From positions 416,001-480,000 of the forward strand of contig CAWHBU010000003.1 of assembly GCA_963827685.1 (NCBI GenBank): a stretch of 64,000 bases of DNA, given 5' to 3'. The position numbers and the translations under genes were made by a program. Numbering within the stretch: the first letter of the stretch is position 1; the number at the start of each line of letters is the position of its first letter. Of this stretch, positions 31,240-41,154 are shown in pieces. Source of the stretch: an uncultured delta proteobacterium. Its GTDB lineage: Bacteria > Desulfobacterota > BSN033 > UBA1163. The notes beneath the pieces are model-generated. The model searched no databases. It was not told the DNA's origin and saw nothing but the letters and a program-made list of their open reading frames with translations.

Positions 31240-34200
31240 TTATACGCTCTGAACCCCATCTCCTAATAGATGAGCCAATTCTCCTATTGTATAGTTATCC
31301 TTTATTCCTGGCTTGGTTATCAAATATTTCACAATATCCTCATCGGTTACCGGATATACTTCCTTTAATCCGGAAATGATTTCTTGCAGGTATTGGGGCG
31401 AGGGAGCCACAGGGGTCTCCATGGCGATATTTTTGTCAGAGGTGAAAGTGTAAATGGGGAAACCATCCTGCTCCCCCAGATAGACAAGATTTCCGTACCA
31501 TGACTCATGGAAAACCATCGAGCCTCGTTGTTTGGCTTTCTGAAAATCTATGGAGATTTTCGCTTCATCATTCTCCTGACTGACCACATCGATGAATTGC
31601 TGTTCTGTGATGAGATACATCCTGCCTAAGGTGACATCTGTTTCTTCTTTTTTGAGTCCAATAAAAGCGACGCCCTTGCCGTCCCACCTGGGAGATTGTT
31701 TTGCAAAATACAATGGGTAAGAGATTTTGATCGGTTGGTCGTCTTTCGGAGGTGTTTTGTCACGGCAACCCGGATGAGAACTGGATACGTCGTCAGGCTG
31801 CCCACCTTCTATGTAGCCCATGAATCTTCGACTGCACAGGTTCGATCCGTAACTCGCGTACCAGACCAGATTCGTTAGAGATAAAAATCGCTCGTCGTTT
31901 CTTAAATCTGAAAAATCTTTCTCACTTTTAGCTTCCAAAGCAGTCTTCTTGTCAATCTGTATCGCCTTGTACAGGCTCTCTAAGGCAGCGTCGGTATAAC
32001 CCATTTTCGCTTCGAAGCAGGCCTTGTTATACCACCCCGTCGCATTATTTCTGTTAATCTGGACAATACTATCCCAGCAACTGATCGCTTCTTCGTACCG
32101 ACTTAATTTAGAGAGTGCCAGTCCTTTAAAAATTAAGGCATCGATGTTCGTCCATTCCTTACCCAGAACGGCATCCAAACAATTCAAGGCTTCTCCATAC
32201 TGTCCTAAGTTCAATAAAACCTGTCCCTTGGCTAATAATGTGGCGGTGTACTCCGGGTTCATTTTTAACGCCTCATTCAAACAAGATAACGCCTCATCAT
32301 ATCTGCCAAGGTTGAGAAGGGCGAGCCCCTTCGTGCCAAATAATTGATGATTTGCAGGATTTATCTTCAATGATTTATCCGCACACGCGATGGCCTCTGG
32401 GTACCTCCCAAGATTGGATAGCGCCCTTGCCTGATGATCCCATGTGCTGAAATCTTCCGGATCTATTTCCGATGCCTTTTCCAAATATTCTAAGGCCTCC
32501 TCGTTTCTTCCCAGGTTGATCATAATCATGCCCTTCAGCTTTAAGGCGTCTTCCCAGTTGCGATGCAGCACTAATGCCTTATTGGCGTATTCCAGGGCCT
32601 CATCATATTTTTGGGCATCTAAAAATATTTTTGTTTTACTGGCCCATGGCAGTTCAAATGACGGATTGATTCCTATGGCTTTGTCAAAACACTCTACCGC
32701 TTCCCTTGTATTGCCTTGTTTCAAAAATTCTGTTCCTTTGTTGTGCCACGTGATCTCGTCTTCAGGAAGAATGTTGTATCCCAAGAGATTCAATCCACCG
32801 GTCAATGCCTTCAGACGGTTTTGAAACCTTCCCCGATCTTCCTCTTTTTTAAACTTGACTTGGGTGACAAATCCCTCTCTCATCCATTTGACATTTACCC
32901 TGAATCGGACCGAGTGGGGTGCTCCCAGATAGAATTCATTTCTTGACTCAGGAGATATTTCCAGAAGGGTGTGCGTTCCGGGGGGGTAACTTGGAACTCT
33001 TGCCCCGATGATAAATTTTTCAGCTTTTTTCCTTTTGACCTTGTCCATCTTGTCGAATCTTGTCTGAATGTAGTATTCTGAGAAACCTCTAAGAAGAATG
33101 TTTTCGATGAGCTTGTGGTATAAATTGAAAATGGGATTTTCTGAAAAGCCGACAAAGAACTCTTTGGTATCCACCACACCTTTTGAAGCGCATAAATATT
33201 TCAAATACAGCAGGTCAAACGGGCCCCCTTTGAAGCGAAGCTTTGCATCCTCTTCGGATAGGACATGATCTTTTTTAAGCCGCTTGATAAAATCCATGGT
33301 CAGGGATTTCCTGGTGTGAATATCTTTGGGTTGCAACGTATCCATTTCCTCGAGTAACATAAATTCAGCAAGCCATTTCTTTGAAGCATTTGGAAATTCA
33401 AGCAAAGATATTAAGACCTTTAAAAGGTCTGTCCCATAACCTTTCACCTTGTTCGCTATGTCGTAGCGCCCTCCTTTCCTGAATCGCTCGATTTCTTTCA
33501 AAACATCGTCCAATACCGCAGGGGTGAGCGCTATCTTAGGATTCTTTCCATCTTTCCATCTACGATACATATAATGAGCGATCAGGTTTATCTCGTAAGG
33601 AGTGCCATGGGTAATCGCATGGATTTCCCCGATACAGGCATGATCAAAAGCTCTTTTTCCCTCACTGGTCAGCGGCTTAAGCAGGCATTCTTCGGTCTCC
33701 TTGACATTTTTGAAGTTCTCAACACTGATTCTTCTAAAAAACCTGGGGAGAGGCGAAAAAACGTTGCTAATAGAGGGGAGCATGTTTTCCGTCCCGGAAA
33801 ATACCACGACATAGCCTTCCACCTCCATCAAGGCATTTCTTATTTTCTGCAAAAGAACTTTGTTCTGTGCCAATAAATCGCACTCGTCAAAAAGCAAGAC
33901 AATGGTTGGAATATGCTTCTTTCGGGCCTCTTGATGGATGCCGTTTAAATCGTGGAGCAAAACCTTTTGAGGGATTCCTCTGTTCCTTTTTTTCTTAAAT
34001 CCGATATAAGCGCTTCCGTATAGAAAAGGGATCTTTGCTTCTGCCTGGATATCGAGTCTGTCAACCACTTTTCGGTAGGCTCTGTAAACGGTGCCGGTGA
34101 TCCCTCCGTACAGTCCCTTTTCTGCACCTTTTGTAATGATTCCGTCAAAGACTTCTTTGAAAAACAAAACATCATTCTGCACCGTTTCTTTATTGAGCGG

Positions 34201-34446
34201 GATTTTGACTGTAAGGCACCCTAAATCCTTTGCGGTGCATTCGATGATGTTGAGAAAGCTTGTTTTGCCCGCAAAGCTTGGGCCTACAAGGGCAAAGTGA
34301 AAATAGGTGGGTTTTTCACTTTTGGAGAGCTTCAAATAGTATTCTATTTCTTCGAGCTCACCATGCCTTCCGGCAAAAAGCTTCGGGTCTCTAATCGGGT
34401 TGATGAAGTCGTATGGGTTATGATGCTTTTTTTGTTTTGGAGCCAT
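31240..34446 (-). CDS. STAND-like ATPase - TPR array - C-terminal gamma-glutamylcyclotransferase-like domain
   Basis: FAGRHGEL, Walker A GPSFAGKTS, Walker B LLFDECD, about 8 TPRs, VWYASYGSNL motif; start at MAPKQ because the upstream extension is a MITE. Confidence 0.75.
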   Translation of the reverse strand: MAPKQKKHHNPYDFINPIRDPKLFAGRHGELEEIEYYLKLSKSEKPTYFHFALVGPSFAGKTSFLNIIECTAKDLGCLTVKIPLNKETVQNDVLFFKEVFDGIITKGAEKGLYGGITGTVYRAYRKVVDRLDIQAEAKIPFLYGSAYIGFKKKRNRGIPQKVLLHDLNGIHQEARKKHIPTIVLLFDECDLLAQNKVLLQKIRNALMEVEGYVVVFSGTENMLPSISNVFSPLPRFFRRISVENFKNVKETEECLLKPLTSEGKRAFDHACIGEIHAITHGTPYEINLIAHYMYRRWKDGKNPKIALTPAVLDDVLKEIERFRKGGRYDIANKVKGYGTDLLKVLISLLEFPNASKKWLAEFMLLEEMDTLQPKDIHTRKSLTMDFIKRLKKDHVLSEEDAKLRFKGGPFDLLYLKYLCASKGVVDTKEFFVGFSENPIFNLYHKLIENILLRGFSEYYIQTRFDKMDKVKRKKAEKFIIGARVPSYPPGTHTLLEISPESRNEFYLGAPHSVRFRVNVKWMREGFVTQVKFKKEEDRGRFQNRLKALTGGLNLLGYNILPEDEITWHNKGTEFLKQGNTREAVECFDKAIGINPSFELPWASKTKIFLDAQKYDEALEYANKALVLHRNWEDALKLKGMIMINLGRNEEALEYLEKASEIDPEDFSTWDHQARALSNLGRYPEAIACADKSLKINPANHQLFGTKGLALLNLGRYDEALSCLNEALKMNPEYTATLLAKGQVLLNLGQYGEALNCLDAVLGKEWTNIDALIFKGLALSKLSRYEEAISCWDSIVQINRNNATGWYNKACFEAKMGYTDAALESLYKAIQIDKKTALEAKSEKDFSDLRNDERFLSLTNLVWYASYGSNLCSRRFMGYIEGGQPDDVSSSHPGCRDKTPPKDDQPIKISYPLYFAKQSPRWDGKGVAFIGLKKEETDVTLGRMYLITEQQFIDVVSQENDEAKISIDFQKAKQRGSMVFHESWYGNLVYLGEQDGFPIYTFTSDKNIAMETPVAPSPQYLQEIISGLKEVYPVTDEDIVKYLITKPGIKDNYTIGELAHLLGDGVQSV

Positions 34447-34458
34447 ACTCTTTTCTCC

Positions 34459-34590
34459 TGGCCGGAACGTGCCCCGCAATCCCCGCCTCGTAGGCGGGGT
34501 CAAGGGGCGTAATATAGAACGAAACTACCTTACCGGGAAGCCCCGGCGTGCCTGTCCCGTCTTGACGGGATGGCCGGGGAGCTTCACTTC
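34459..34590 (-). mobile_element. MITE-like element, copy 2
   Basis: Reverse complement shares both ends and the internal GCCCCTT-GACCCC-CCTAC-AGGCGGGG with 17931-18090. Confidence 0.7.
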
Positions 34591-34732
34591 ATAGGATTAA
34601 ATGTTTGTTTATCATCACTATGGGCTAAGCGTTTTCGGGTGCTCATTATATCAGCTTCGTTTTGCTTTGTAAACTTTTTGTTTGATTTTTCAATTGTCGG
34701 ATCTATACAATTCTGATATAAATGAATTCATT

Positions 34733-36265
34733 ATGTTGGCAAGGGTCTTGAGCAGTGCAGTTTTTGGAATTGATGCCTACGTCGTAGAGGTGGAGGTAGA
34801 CATCGCTCAGGGTCTACCTACCTTTGCAACCGTTGGGCTTCCTGAGGGGGCAGTGAAGGAATCCAAGGACAGGGTCAAGGCAGCGGTCAAGAACTGCGGC
34901 TATGACTTTCCCGCTCGAAGGATTACTGTCAATCTGGCTCCAGCCGATATCAAGAAGGAAGGCACCGCCTTCGACCTCCCCATGGCCATTGGCATCCTGG
35001 CCGCGACGGAGGTCGTTCAAAAGGGAAAACTCTCTCAATATTTCATTTTGGGGGAGCTCTCCCTCGACGGACAGGTCAAGCCGATCAAAGGGACGCTTCC
35101 GATTGCGGTGGCGGCAAGAGATGCCGACCTCAAAGGGATCCTTCTGCCCAGGGAGAACTCTAAAGAAGCAGCCGTGGTGAAAGGGATTGATATCCTTCCT
35201 CTGGATACTCTTTCGGATTGTGTTCAATTCTTAAACGGAAGCCTTCCTATCGATCCGGTTGCAGTGGATCTCGATGATATCTTCAAGACAGAAATGAATT
35301 ATCCGGTTGATTTTAACGATGTGAAGGGTCAGGAGCATGTGAAGCGTTGTCTGGAAGTGGCCGCCGCGGGGGGTCACAATGTCATTATGATCGGTCCACC
35401 TGGTTCTGGCAAAACCATGCTGGCCAAGAGATTCCCAACGATACTACCCGATATGAATTTTGAAGAAAGTCTTGAAACCACAAAGATCCATAGCGTTATG
35501 GGGTTGATCCCTCCGGACAATGCCCTGATTGTCACCCGACCGTTCCGTAGTCCTCACCACACGATCTCGGATGCAGGCCTCATTGGAGGAGGACAGATCC
35601 CGAAACCCGGAGAGGTGAGTCTTTCTCATAATGGGGTTCTTTTCTTGGACGAACTGCCCGAATTCAAGAAGAATGTTCTGGAGGTCATGCGCCAACCCTT
35701 GGAAGAGGAGAGGGTGACGATCTCTCGGGCAGCCACCTCCCTCACCTACCCTGCCCGCTTTATGCTGGTCGGTGCTATGAACCCCTGCCCGTGCGGTTAT
35801 TATAGTGACCCCAACAATGAATGCACTTGCACCATTCCGCAGATCCAGCGTTACCGATCCAAGATCTCCGGTCCGTTGATGGATCGAATCGATATTCATA
35901 TTGAAGTCCCCGCAGTGAAGTATCGCGACCTGGCGAGTCGTGAACCAGGAGAGTCTTCCAGGGAAATGAAGAAACGGATCGATGCGGCCAGAAAGACCCA
36001 GCTCAATCGTTTCAAAGGGCTGAAGATCTACTGCAATGCGCAGATGACGAACCGCCATATCAAGAAGTTTTGCCAGATCGATGAGGCGAGCCAGAAATTA
36101 TTAGAATTGGCCATTGATAAGTTTGGATTAAGTGCCAGGGCTTATACACGCATCCTAAAGGTGGCCCGGACCATTGCCGATTTGGAAGGCCAGGAGAATA
36201 TCCAGCCCGCCCACCTCTCCGAAGCGATTCAATACAGAAGTCTGGATAGGAATTTGATTTCGTAA
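34733..36265 (+). CDS. comM: ComM/YifB Mg-chelatase-like AAA+ helicase
   Basis: [51 protein letters not shown]. Confidence 0.95.
   Translation: MLARVLSSAVFGIDAYVVEVEVDIAQGLPTFATVGLPEGAVKESKDRVKAAVKNCGYDFPARRITVNLAPADIKKEGTAFDLPMAIGILAATEVVQKGKLSQYFILGELSLDGQVKPIKGTLPIAVAARDADLKGILLPRENSKEAAVVKGIDILPLDTLSDCVQFLNGSLPIDPVAVDLDDIFKTEMNYPVDFNDVKGQEHVKRCLEVAAAGGHNVIMIGPPGSGKTMLAKRFPTILPDMNFEESLETTKIHSVMGLIPPDNALIVTRPFRSPHHTISDAGLIGGGQIPKPGEVSLSHNGVLFLDELPEFKKNVLEVMRQPLEEERVTISRAATSLTYPARFMLVGAMNPCPCGYYSDPNNECTCTIPQIQRYRSKISGPLMDRIDIHIEVPAVKYRDLASREPGESSREMKKRIDAARKTQLNRFKGLKIYCNAQMTNRHIKKFCQIDEASQKLLELAIDKFGLSARAYTRILKVARTIADLEGQENIQPAHLSEAIQYRSLDRNLIS
36206..36265 (+). repeat. comM 3'-end direct repeat, copy 1 (in gene)
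   Basis: 60 bp encoding [19 protein letters not shown]. Confidence 0.95.
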
Positions 36266-36596
36266 GAATACCTCCGCTTGCTTCTCCAATCACAACATTC
36301 CTATTTAGAGACGGCTTCTACTCTTTCGGGAAATGACAAACAAAAGAAAGATAAGTTATAATCCATTAAATTTAAAGGATCCCTCAATCAATAAACTAAT
36401 AACAATACAGACCATTTACTAAGGAATACATAATTAAGAAGACATATTTTTCTGAAAATCCCCCCTAACCCCTCTTTGCCTGTATAATGACAGGAAAAGG
36501 ATTACCAAAGAGGGAAATTCCTCTCTTTCATAAAAAGCGGGGAAGGAGGGATTTAGTCTCCAGTGTCTGCATAATTATCGACTGACTAATAAGATA

Positions 36597-38159
36597 ATGA
36601 CCGAATCTCTTGATCTCCTTTTCATTCATGTACCCAAATTCTCCAATTTCTACCGTCCCTTCGGCGAGTATATGACCGTCAATCTCCTTCCCATGGGAAC
36701 CCTGTCCCTTGCTGATCTTGGCGCACAAAAAGGATATAAGACCAGAATCTTACATTTGGGTCTGGAGTGGATCGAAAAGAAAGTCTCCTCGCCCCTCGTC
36801 TATTTGAAGGATAAGGAGATCGGGGTGGTTGCAATCCCGCTCCACTTTCACCCGCAGTCCTATGAGGTAATGAGAATCGCCAAAGAGATAAAAGAGAAGA
36901 GACCGGATATTACCATCCTATCGGGTGGGTACACTGCCAGTCTCTTTCATCAAGAGATTATGACTTCTTCTCCTCAGATCGATGCCGTCATCCGCGGCGA
37001 TGCTGAAACCCCTCTCATCGAGTTGATGAATGCTGTGAAAGAAGGAAGGGAATGGGAAAACATTCCCAATCTCACCTGGAGAAAGGATGGAGAGATCAGG
37101 GAAAATCCTCTCTCCTATGTGGCCTCAGAAGACGATTTGGGTCGATCCTCCTATACCAATCTTTCTCTGCTCCATGACAAGGAGACTTATATTCACTATA
37201 TCGGAATGCCTTTTATCTGGGCCAAAGGGCTTTCCAAAGAAAGGAACAGACGATACTTTCATCTTGGCCCTCCTCTCTTCCCTCTCAATATCGGCAGAGG
37301 ATGTTTTGGAAACTGTACCTGGTGCGGAGGCGGTGCAGAGGCCCAGCAAAGAGTCAATCGCAGAAAGGGAGTGGTTTTCCGCTCACCGGAAGCTGTCGCC
37401 AACACGGTGGCCGAAGCGCTCGAATTAGGTTACGAGATGTTCAATATGGCCTTTGATCCTGGGAAAGAAGGAGAAAGATATTATCTAGAATTATTTCCCC
37501 TATTGAGAAGAAAGAAGCTTCGAGCAAAAGTTTACTTTGAATCTTTCTCTCTCCCTTCGGAGCGCTTCTTCCGGGAATTCGCTGACACCTTCACTCTCGA
37601 TGGCTCGATGATCGCCCTCTCTCCTGAGTCCGGAGATGAAAGCGTGAGGCATCGAAACAAGACATTCACTTACTCCAACGAGGAATTGATGAAAGCCATT
37701 TCCTTGGCAGAAAGGTTTAGGATCAGAACAGATCTCTTCTTTGCCATGGGAATACCCGGGGAAAGATATTCTGATTTATTTAAGACCTCTGCATTGAGAA
37801 GAGAGATCAAGAGAAGGTTTAAAAATATAGGAAGGATCTGGTCTGCTCCAATATCCCTGGAACCTGCCTCTCCCTGGCACCTCCACCCGGAGGAGTTCGG
37901 CATCGTTTCGACGAAGCAGACCTTTGCTGACTTCTACCAGAGCAATTCTCCCGGACGTGGAGGATTGGGCTACTCCATCCCTGACTATATGGGAGATGGA
38001 AAGGAATTGAGCCCACAGGATTTTGAGAAGATCTTAAGGGAGACCAAGTGTCGGGACTTCTGTTCCTTTCATCCCAATCCGGTGAAAGCCAGCGATCCCT
38101 TTTGGGGGAGACTCTTCTGTCGGTACATGAGCTGGCGTTCGAGAGGTGGCCGTGGCTAA
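36597..38159 (+). CDS. B12-binding radical SAM enzyme
   Basis: N-terminal cobalamin-binding fold (LPMGTLSLA, GGYTAS, IRGDAE), CFGNCTWC motif. Confidence 0.88.
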   Translation: MTESLDLLFIHVPKFSNFYRPFGEYMTVNLLPMGTLSLADLGAQKGYKTRILHLGLEWIEKKVSSPLVYLKDKEIGVVAIPLHFHPQSYEVMRIAKEIKEKRPDITILSGGYTASLFHQEIMTSSPQIDAVIRGDAETPLIELMNAVKEGREWENIPNLTWRKDGEIRENPLSYVASEDDLGRSSYTNLSLLHDKETYIHYIGMPFIWAKGLSKERNRRYFHLGPPLFPLNIGRGCFGNCTWCGGGAEAQQRVNRRKGVVFRSPEAVANTVAEALELGYEMFNMAFDPGKEGERYYLELFPLLRRKKLRAKVYFESFSLPSERFFREFADTFTLDGSMIALSPESGDESVRHRNKTFTYSNEELMKAISLAERFRIRTDLFFAMGIPGERYSDLFKTSALRREIKRRFKNIGRIWSAPISLEPASPWHLHPEEFGIVSTKQTFADFYQSNSPGRGGLGYSIPDYMGDGKELSPQDFEKILRETKCRDFCSFHPNPVKASDPFWGRLFCRYMSWRSRGGRG

Positions 38160-39399
38160 AGTCAACCCTTCAACTCCCCAACCTGAAGGTCAGGCCTCTC
38201 TCAGGGTTAACCCTGAACGGGTTAATTTTGTAGATGGAACCTTGAGAGAGGGTGAGCAGTCTCCTGGCGTATACTTCACCAAGGAGGAGAAGATTCAAAT
38301 TGCCCAGGAATTGAACCGAATCGGTGTGCCCATTCTCGACGTGGGAATGCCGTCGATATCTGCCGAGGAGCGGGAAGCCATCTCTGCCGTCGCCCACCAG
38401 GGGCTCAAGGCATCCATCGGAGTATCCATCCGGCTTAAAAGGGATGAGGTGGACCAGGCTTTTGAATGCGGTGTTAAGGAAGTCTTCCTGATCTGCCCTG
38501 TGAGCTCCCTCCATATACGTTCAAAGCTCGGATTGGATGAAGAGGGAGTGAAGAGGCTATCTGAGGATACGGTTCGATATGCCTGCCAGAAAGGACTTCT
38601 GGTCAATCTGGTGGCCGAAGATGCCTCACGGGCTGAAATTTCATTTCTCTGCGAAATCCTTCTTCATACCTATCACTGGGGAGCTCAAAGGGCTTTTATT
38701 TGCGACACCGTGGGAGTGATGGAACCTTTTAAAATGAAGGACCTGGTCAAAAAAGTGAGAGATCAAATTCCACAGGAAATGGAGTTGGGTGTCCACTGTC
38801 ACAACGATCTCGGTCTTGCCGCAGCCAATACCTTAGCGGGCATAGAGGCTGGGGTAAATTATCCGTCGGTCACTGTCAATGGGATTGGCGAACGGGCAGG
38901 GAATGCCTCCCTTCATGAGATCGTCATGGCTCTGGAGAAGATCTTCCATCGGAAACATGGGATTGATATGCAAAGGCTTTATGACATCTCCCAGCTCGTG
39001 GAGCAGTGCTCGGGGATCTTCATCCCTCCTCATGCCCCGATCATCGGACTCAATGCCTTTCGCCACGAATCGGGTATCCATGTGGATGGCCTTCTTAAAA
39101 ACAACGAAACATATGCAGTGGTCGATCCAAAAGAGGTGGGAAGGGCTTCCTCTTTCGTCCTGGGAAAACACACAGGCACGCAGGCCATCCTGCACCTTTT
39201 ACAACAGAGGGGGTATGAAGCAAACGGGGAGGAATTGAGGGAGATTCTGTGGAGGGTTAAAGAGAAAAAGATAGCAAAAGGAAAGGTGGAGATCGATCGA
39301 ATGGTGAAAGAGATAGGGAAGTATTATGAACAGTCTCTCAATTTTCCGTTGGAAGCCTTCTGGGGGATTGTAAAAGAGGTTTTAAAGAAAGATGAGTAA
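38146..39399 (+). CDS. Homocitrate/isopropylmalate synthase family (NifV/AksA-like)
   Basis: DGTLREGEQSPG, HCHNDLG, GIGERAGNA, HESGIH; no LeuA regulatory domain. Confidence 0.9.
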   Translation: MAVAKVNPSTPQPEGQASLRVNPERVNFVDGTLREGEQSPGVYFTKEEKIQIAQELNRIGVPILDVGMPSISAEEREAISAVAHQGLKASIGVSIRLKRDEVDQAFECGVKEVFLICPVSSLHIRSKLGLDEEGVKRLSEDTVRYACQKGLLVNLVAEDASRAEISFLCEILLHTYHWGAQRAFICDTVGVMEPFKMKDLVKKVRDQIPQEMELGVHCHNDLGLAAANTLAGIEAGVNYPSVTVNGIGERAGNASLHEIVMALEKIFHRKHGIDMQRLYDISQLVEQCSGIFIPPHAPIIGLNAFRHESGIHVDGLLKNNETYAVVDPKEVGRASSFVLGKHTGTQAILHLLQQRGYEANGEELREILWRVKEKKIAKGKVEIDRMVKEIGKYYEQSLNFPLEAFWGIVKEVLKKDE

Positions 39400-40639
39400 G
39401 GGATATACTGGTCAAATCATTCAGAGACATGCGGATGGGAAAAGGGAGGGCGAATACCTTTCCGTCAATGTCGATTTCGTTCTTTTGCCCGACCCAACCT
39501 TTGCTCTTCTCCTCTCGGAAATGAAAACACTGGGAAGCAAGATCTGGGATAAGAAGAGGGTCTTCGTTACAGTCGATCACTTTGCACCTCCCTCAACAAT
39601 CGAACGAGCCAATATAGCCAAGGCAGTCATCTCCTTTGCCATGGAGGAAGAGATGCCCAACCATTCCATCTACCAGGGAATCTGCCACCAGCTCCTGGTG
39701 GAGGGCGCTTGGTTAAAGCCGGGGATGTTAGTCCTTGGGGCCGACTCACACACAACAACTGCCGGAGCTCTTGGCTGTTTGGCAACGGGTATGGGTTCTA
39801 CGGATATTCTCTATACACTCGTTACAGGAAAGACGTGGCTCAGGCCTCCTGACGCAGTACGAATCAATCTCAAGGGAAAACTTCCTCCTTATATCATGGG
39901 AAAGGACATTATCCTGGAACTTCTTGGAAGATATGGAGAAGGGGGATTTCTCTATCAAGCTCTCGAGTTTTATGACATGGATGGAGTCATCTCAATGGAT
40001 GACAGGTTTGCCATCTGTAATATGGTGGTTGAGGGAGGAGCGAAGAACGGGCTCTTTAACCCTGACAGGGTGACCCGGAGATATTTAGAGAAGAGGGATG
40101 GCCATTTCGACGATTGGAGAGATAGCTTCGATGGAGAACCTCCCTACACAATAAGGATGGAGATTGATCTCTCCACACTTCATCCGAAGGTAGCGCTTCC
40201 TCATAGCCCTGCTCAAGGAGTGGATGTTGATGACATCAAAGACGAGGTCATCCAGCAGGTTTTCATCGGCTCGTGCACAGGCGGAAGGCTCAGGGATCTG
40301 GAATGGACAGCTCGCCTCCTTCGGAAAAAGAAGATCGCTCCAGGGATGAAACTCCTCATCTCGCCGGCCTCACAGAAGATCTACCAGGAGGCTATCCAAA
40401 AAAGGTACATTCAAACGATCCTGGAAGCAGGCGGAGTGATTCTCAACCCGAGCTGTGGTCTATGCGGAGGCATCGATAAAGGGATTCTTGGAGCCGGGGA
40501 AAAATGTCTGAGCACTTCCAATAGAAACTTTCAGGGCAGGATGGGAGATCCCTCTTCCAGAATCTACCTCGCTTCTCCTCTCACTGCGGCAGCCTCTGCT
40601 CTGGCAGGGAGGATCATGGATCCAAGAGAGGTGATGTAA
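39392..40639 (+). CDS. Homoaconitase/isopropylmalate dehydratase large subunit
   Basis: GICHQ, GADSHT, IGSCTGG, PSCGLC, STSNRNF. Confidence 0.92.
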   Translation: MSKGYTGQIIQRHADGKREGEYLSVNVDFVLLPDPTFALLLSEMKTLGSKIWDKKRVFVTVDHFAPPSTIERANIAKAVISFAMEEEMPNHSIYQGICHQLLVEGAWLKPGMLVLGADSHTTTAGALGCLATGMGSTDILYTLVTGKTWLRPPDAVRINLKGKLPPYIMGKDIILELLGRYGEGGFLYQALEFYDMDGVISMDDRFAICNMVVEGGAKNGLFNPDRVTRRYLEKRDGHFDDWRDSFDGEPPYTIRMEIDLSTLHPKVALPHSPAQGVDVDDIKDEVIQQVFIGSCTGGRLRDLEWTARLLRKKKIAPGMKLLISPASQKIYQEAIQKRYIQTILEAGGVILNPSCGLCGGIDKGILGAGEKCLSTSNRNFQGRMGDPSSRIYLASPLTAAASALAGRIMDPREVM

Positions 40640-41154
40640 TGGGTCTTCCCAAAAGGATCACAGGTCGGGTCTGGAAATTGGGGGACCATATCAATACAGA
40701 CATCCTCCACCCTTCACCCTACTTCAGCCTGAACGAGGCGAGAGTGAATGAGGGTTTGGTTGAAGGGATGGAGAGACTGGGCAGGAATGCAAAAAAGGAT
40801 TCACCTGATGAAGAAATCATCATCGTTGCCGGGGAGAACTTCGGTTGTGGTTCGAGCCGTGAGACTTCGGTGAGAGGATTGAGAAGCGTTGGTGTCAGAG
40901 GAGTGGTAGCCAAATGTTTTGCCAGAATCTTTTTCCGGAGTCTGGCCAACCTCGGCCTCCCAGCCCTTGAGTGCCGAGACATCCAGGAAAGGGTGATGGA
41001 TGGAGATTCAGTCCTCCTTTCCATTGAAGAAGGATGGGTTGAACTGATGGATAAGAGACGTTTTCCTTTTTCTCCCATCGACACCCACATCAAAAAGATC
41101 TTAGAGGCCGGGGGGCTTATCCCCTACCTTCGGAGGGAGAGGGATGAGAGATGA
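40639..41154 (+). CDS. Homoaconitase/isopropylmalate dehydratase small subunit
   Basis: INTDI, GENFGCGSSRE, FARIF. Confidence 0.92.
   Translation: MGLPKRITGRVWKLGDHINTDILHPSPYFSLNEARVNEGLVEGMERLGRNAKKDSPDEEIIIVAGENFGCGSSRETSVRGLRSVGVRGVVAKCFARIFFRSLANLGLPALECRDIQERVMDGDSVLLSIEEGWVELMDKRRFPFSPIDTHIKKILEAGGLIPYLRRERDER

Noticed and set aside
38146-41154. Housekeeping leuA-leuC-leuD or nif homocitrate genes
   Set aside because: No leuB, no LeuA regulatory domain, no nif genes, and it lies in an island; gene symbols withheld
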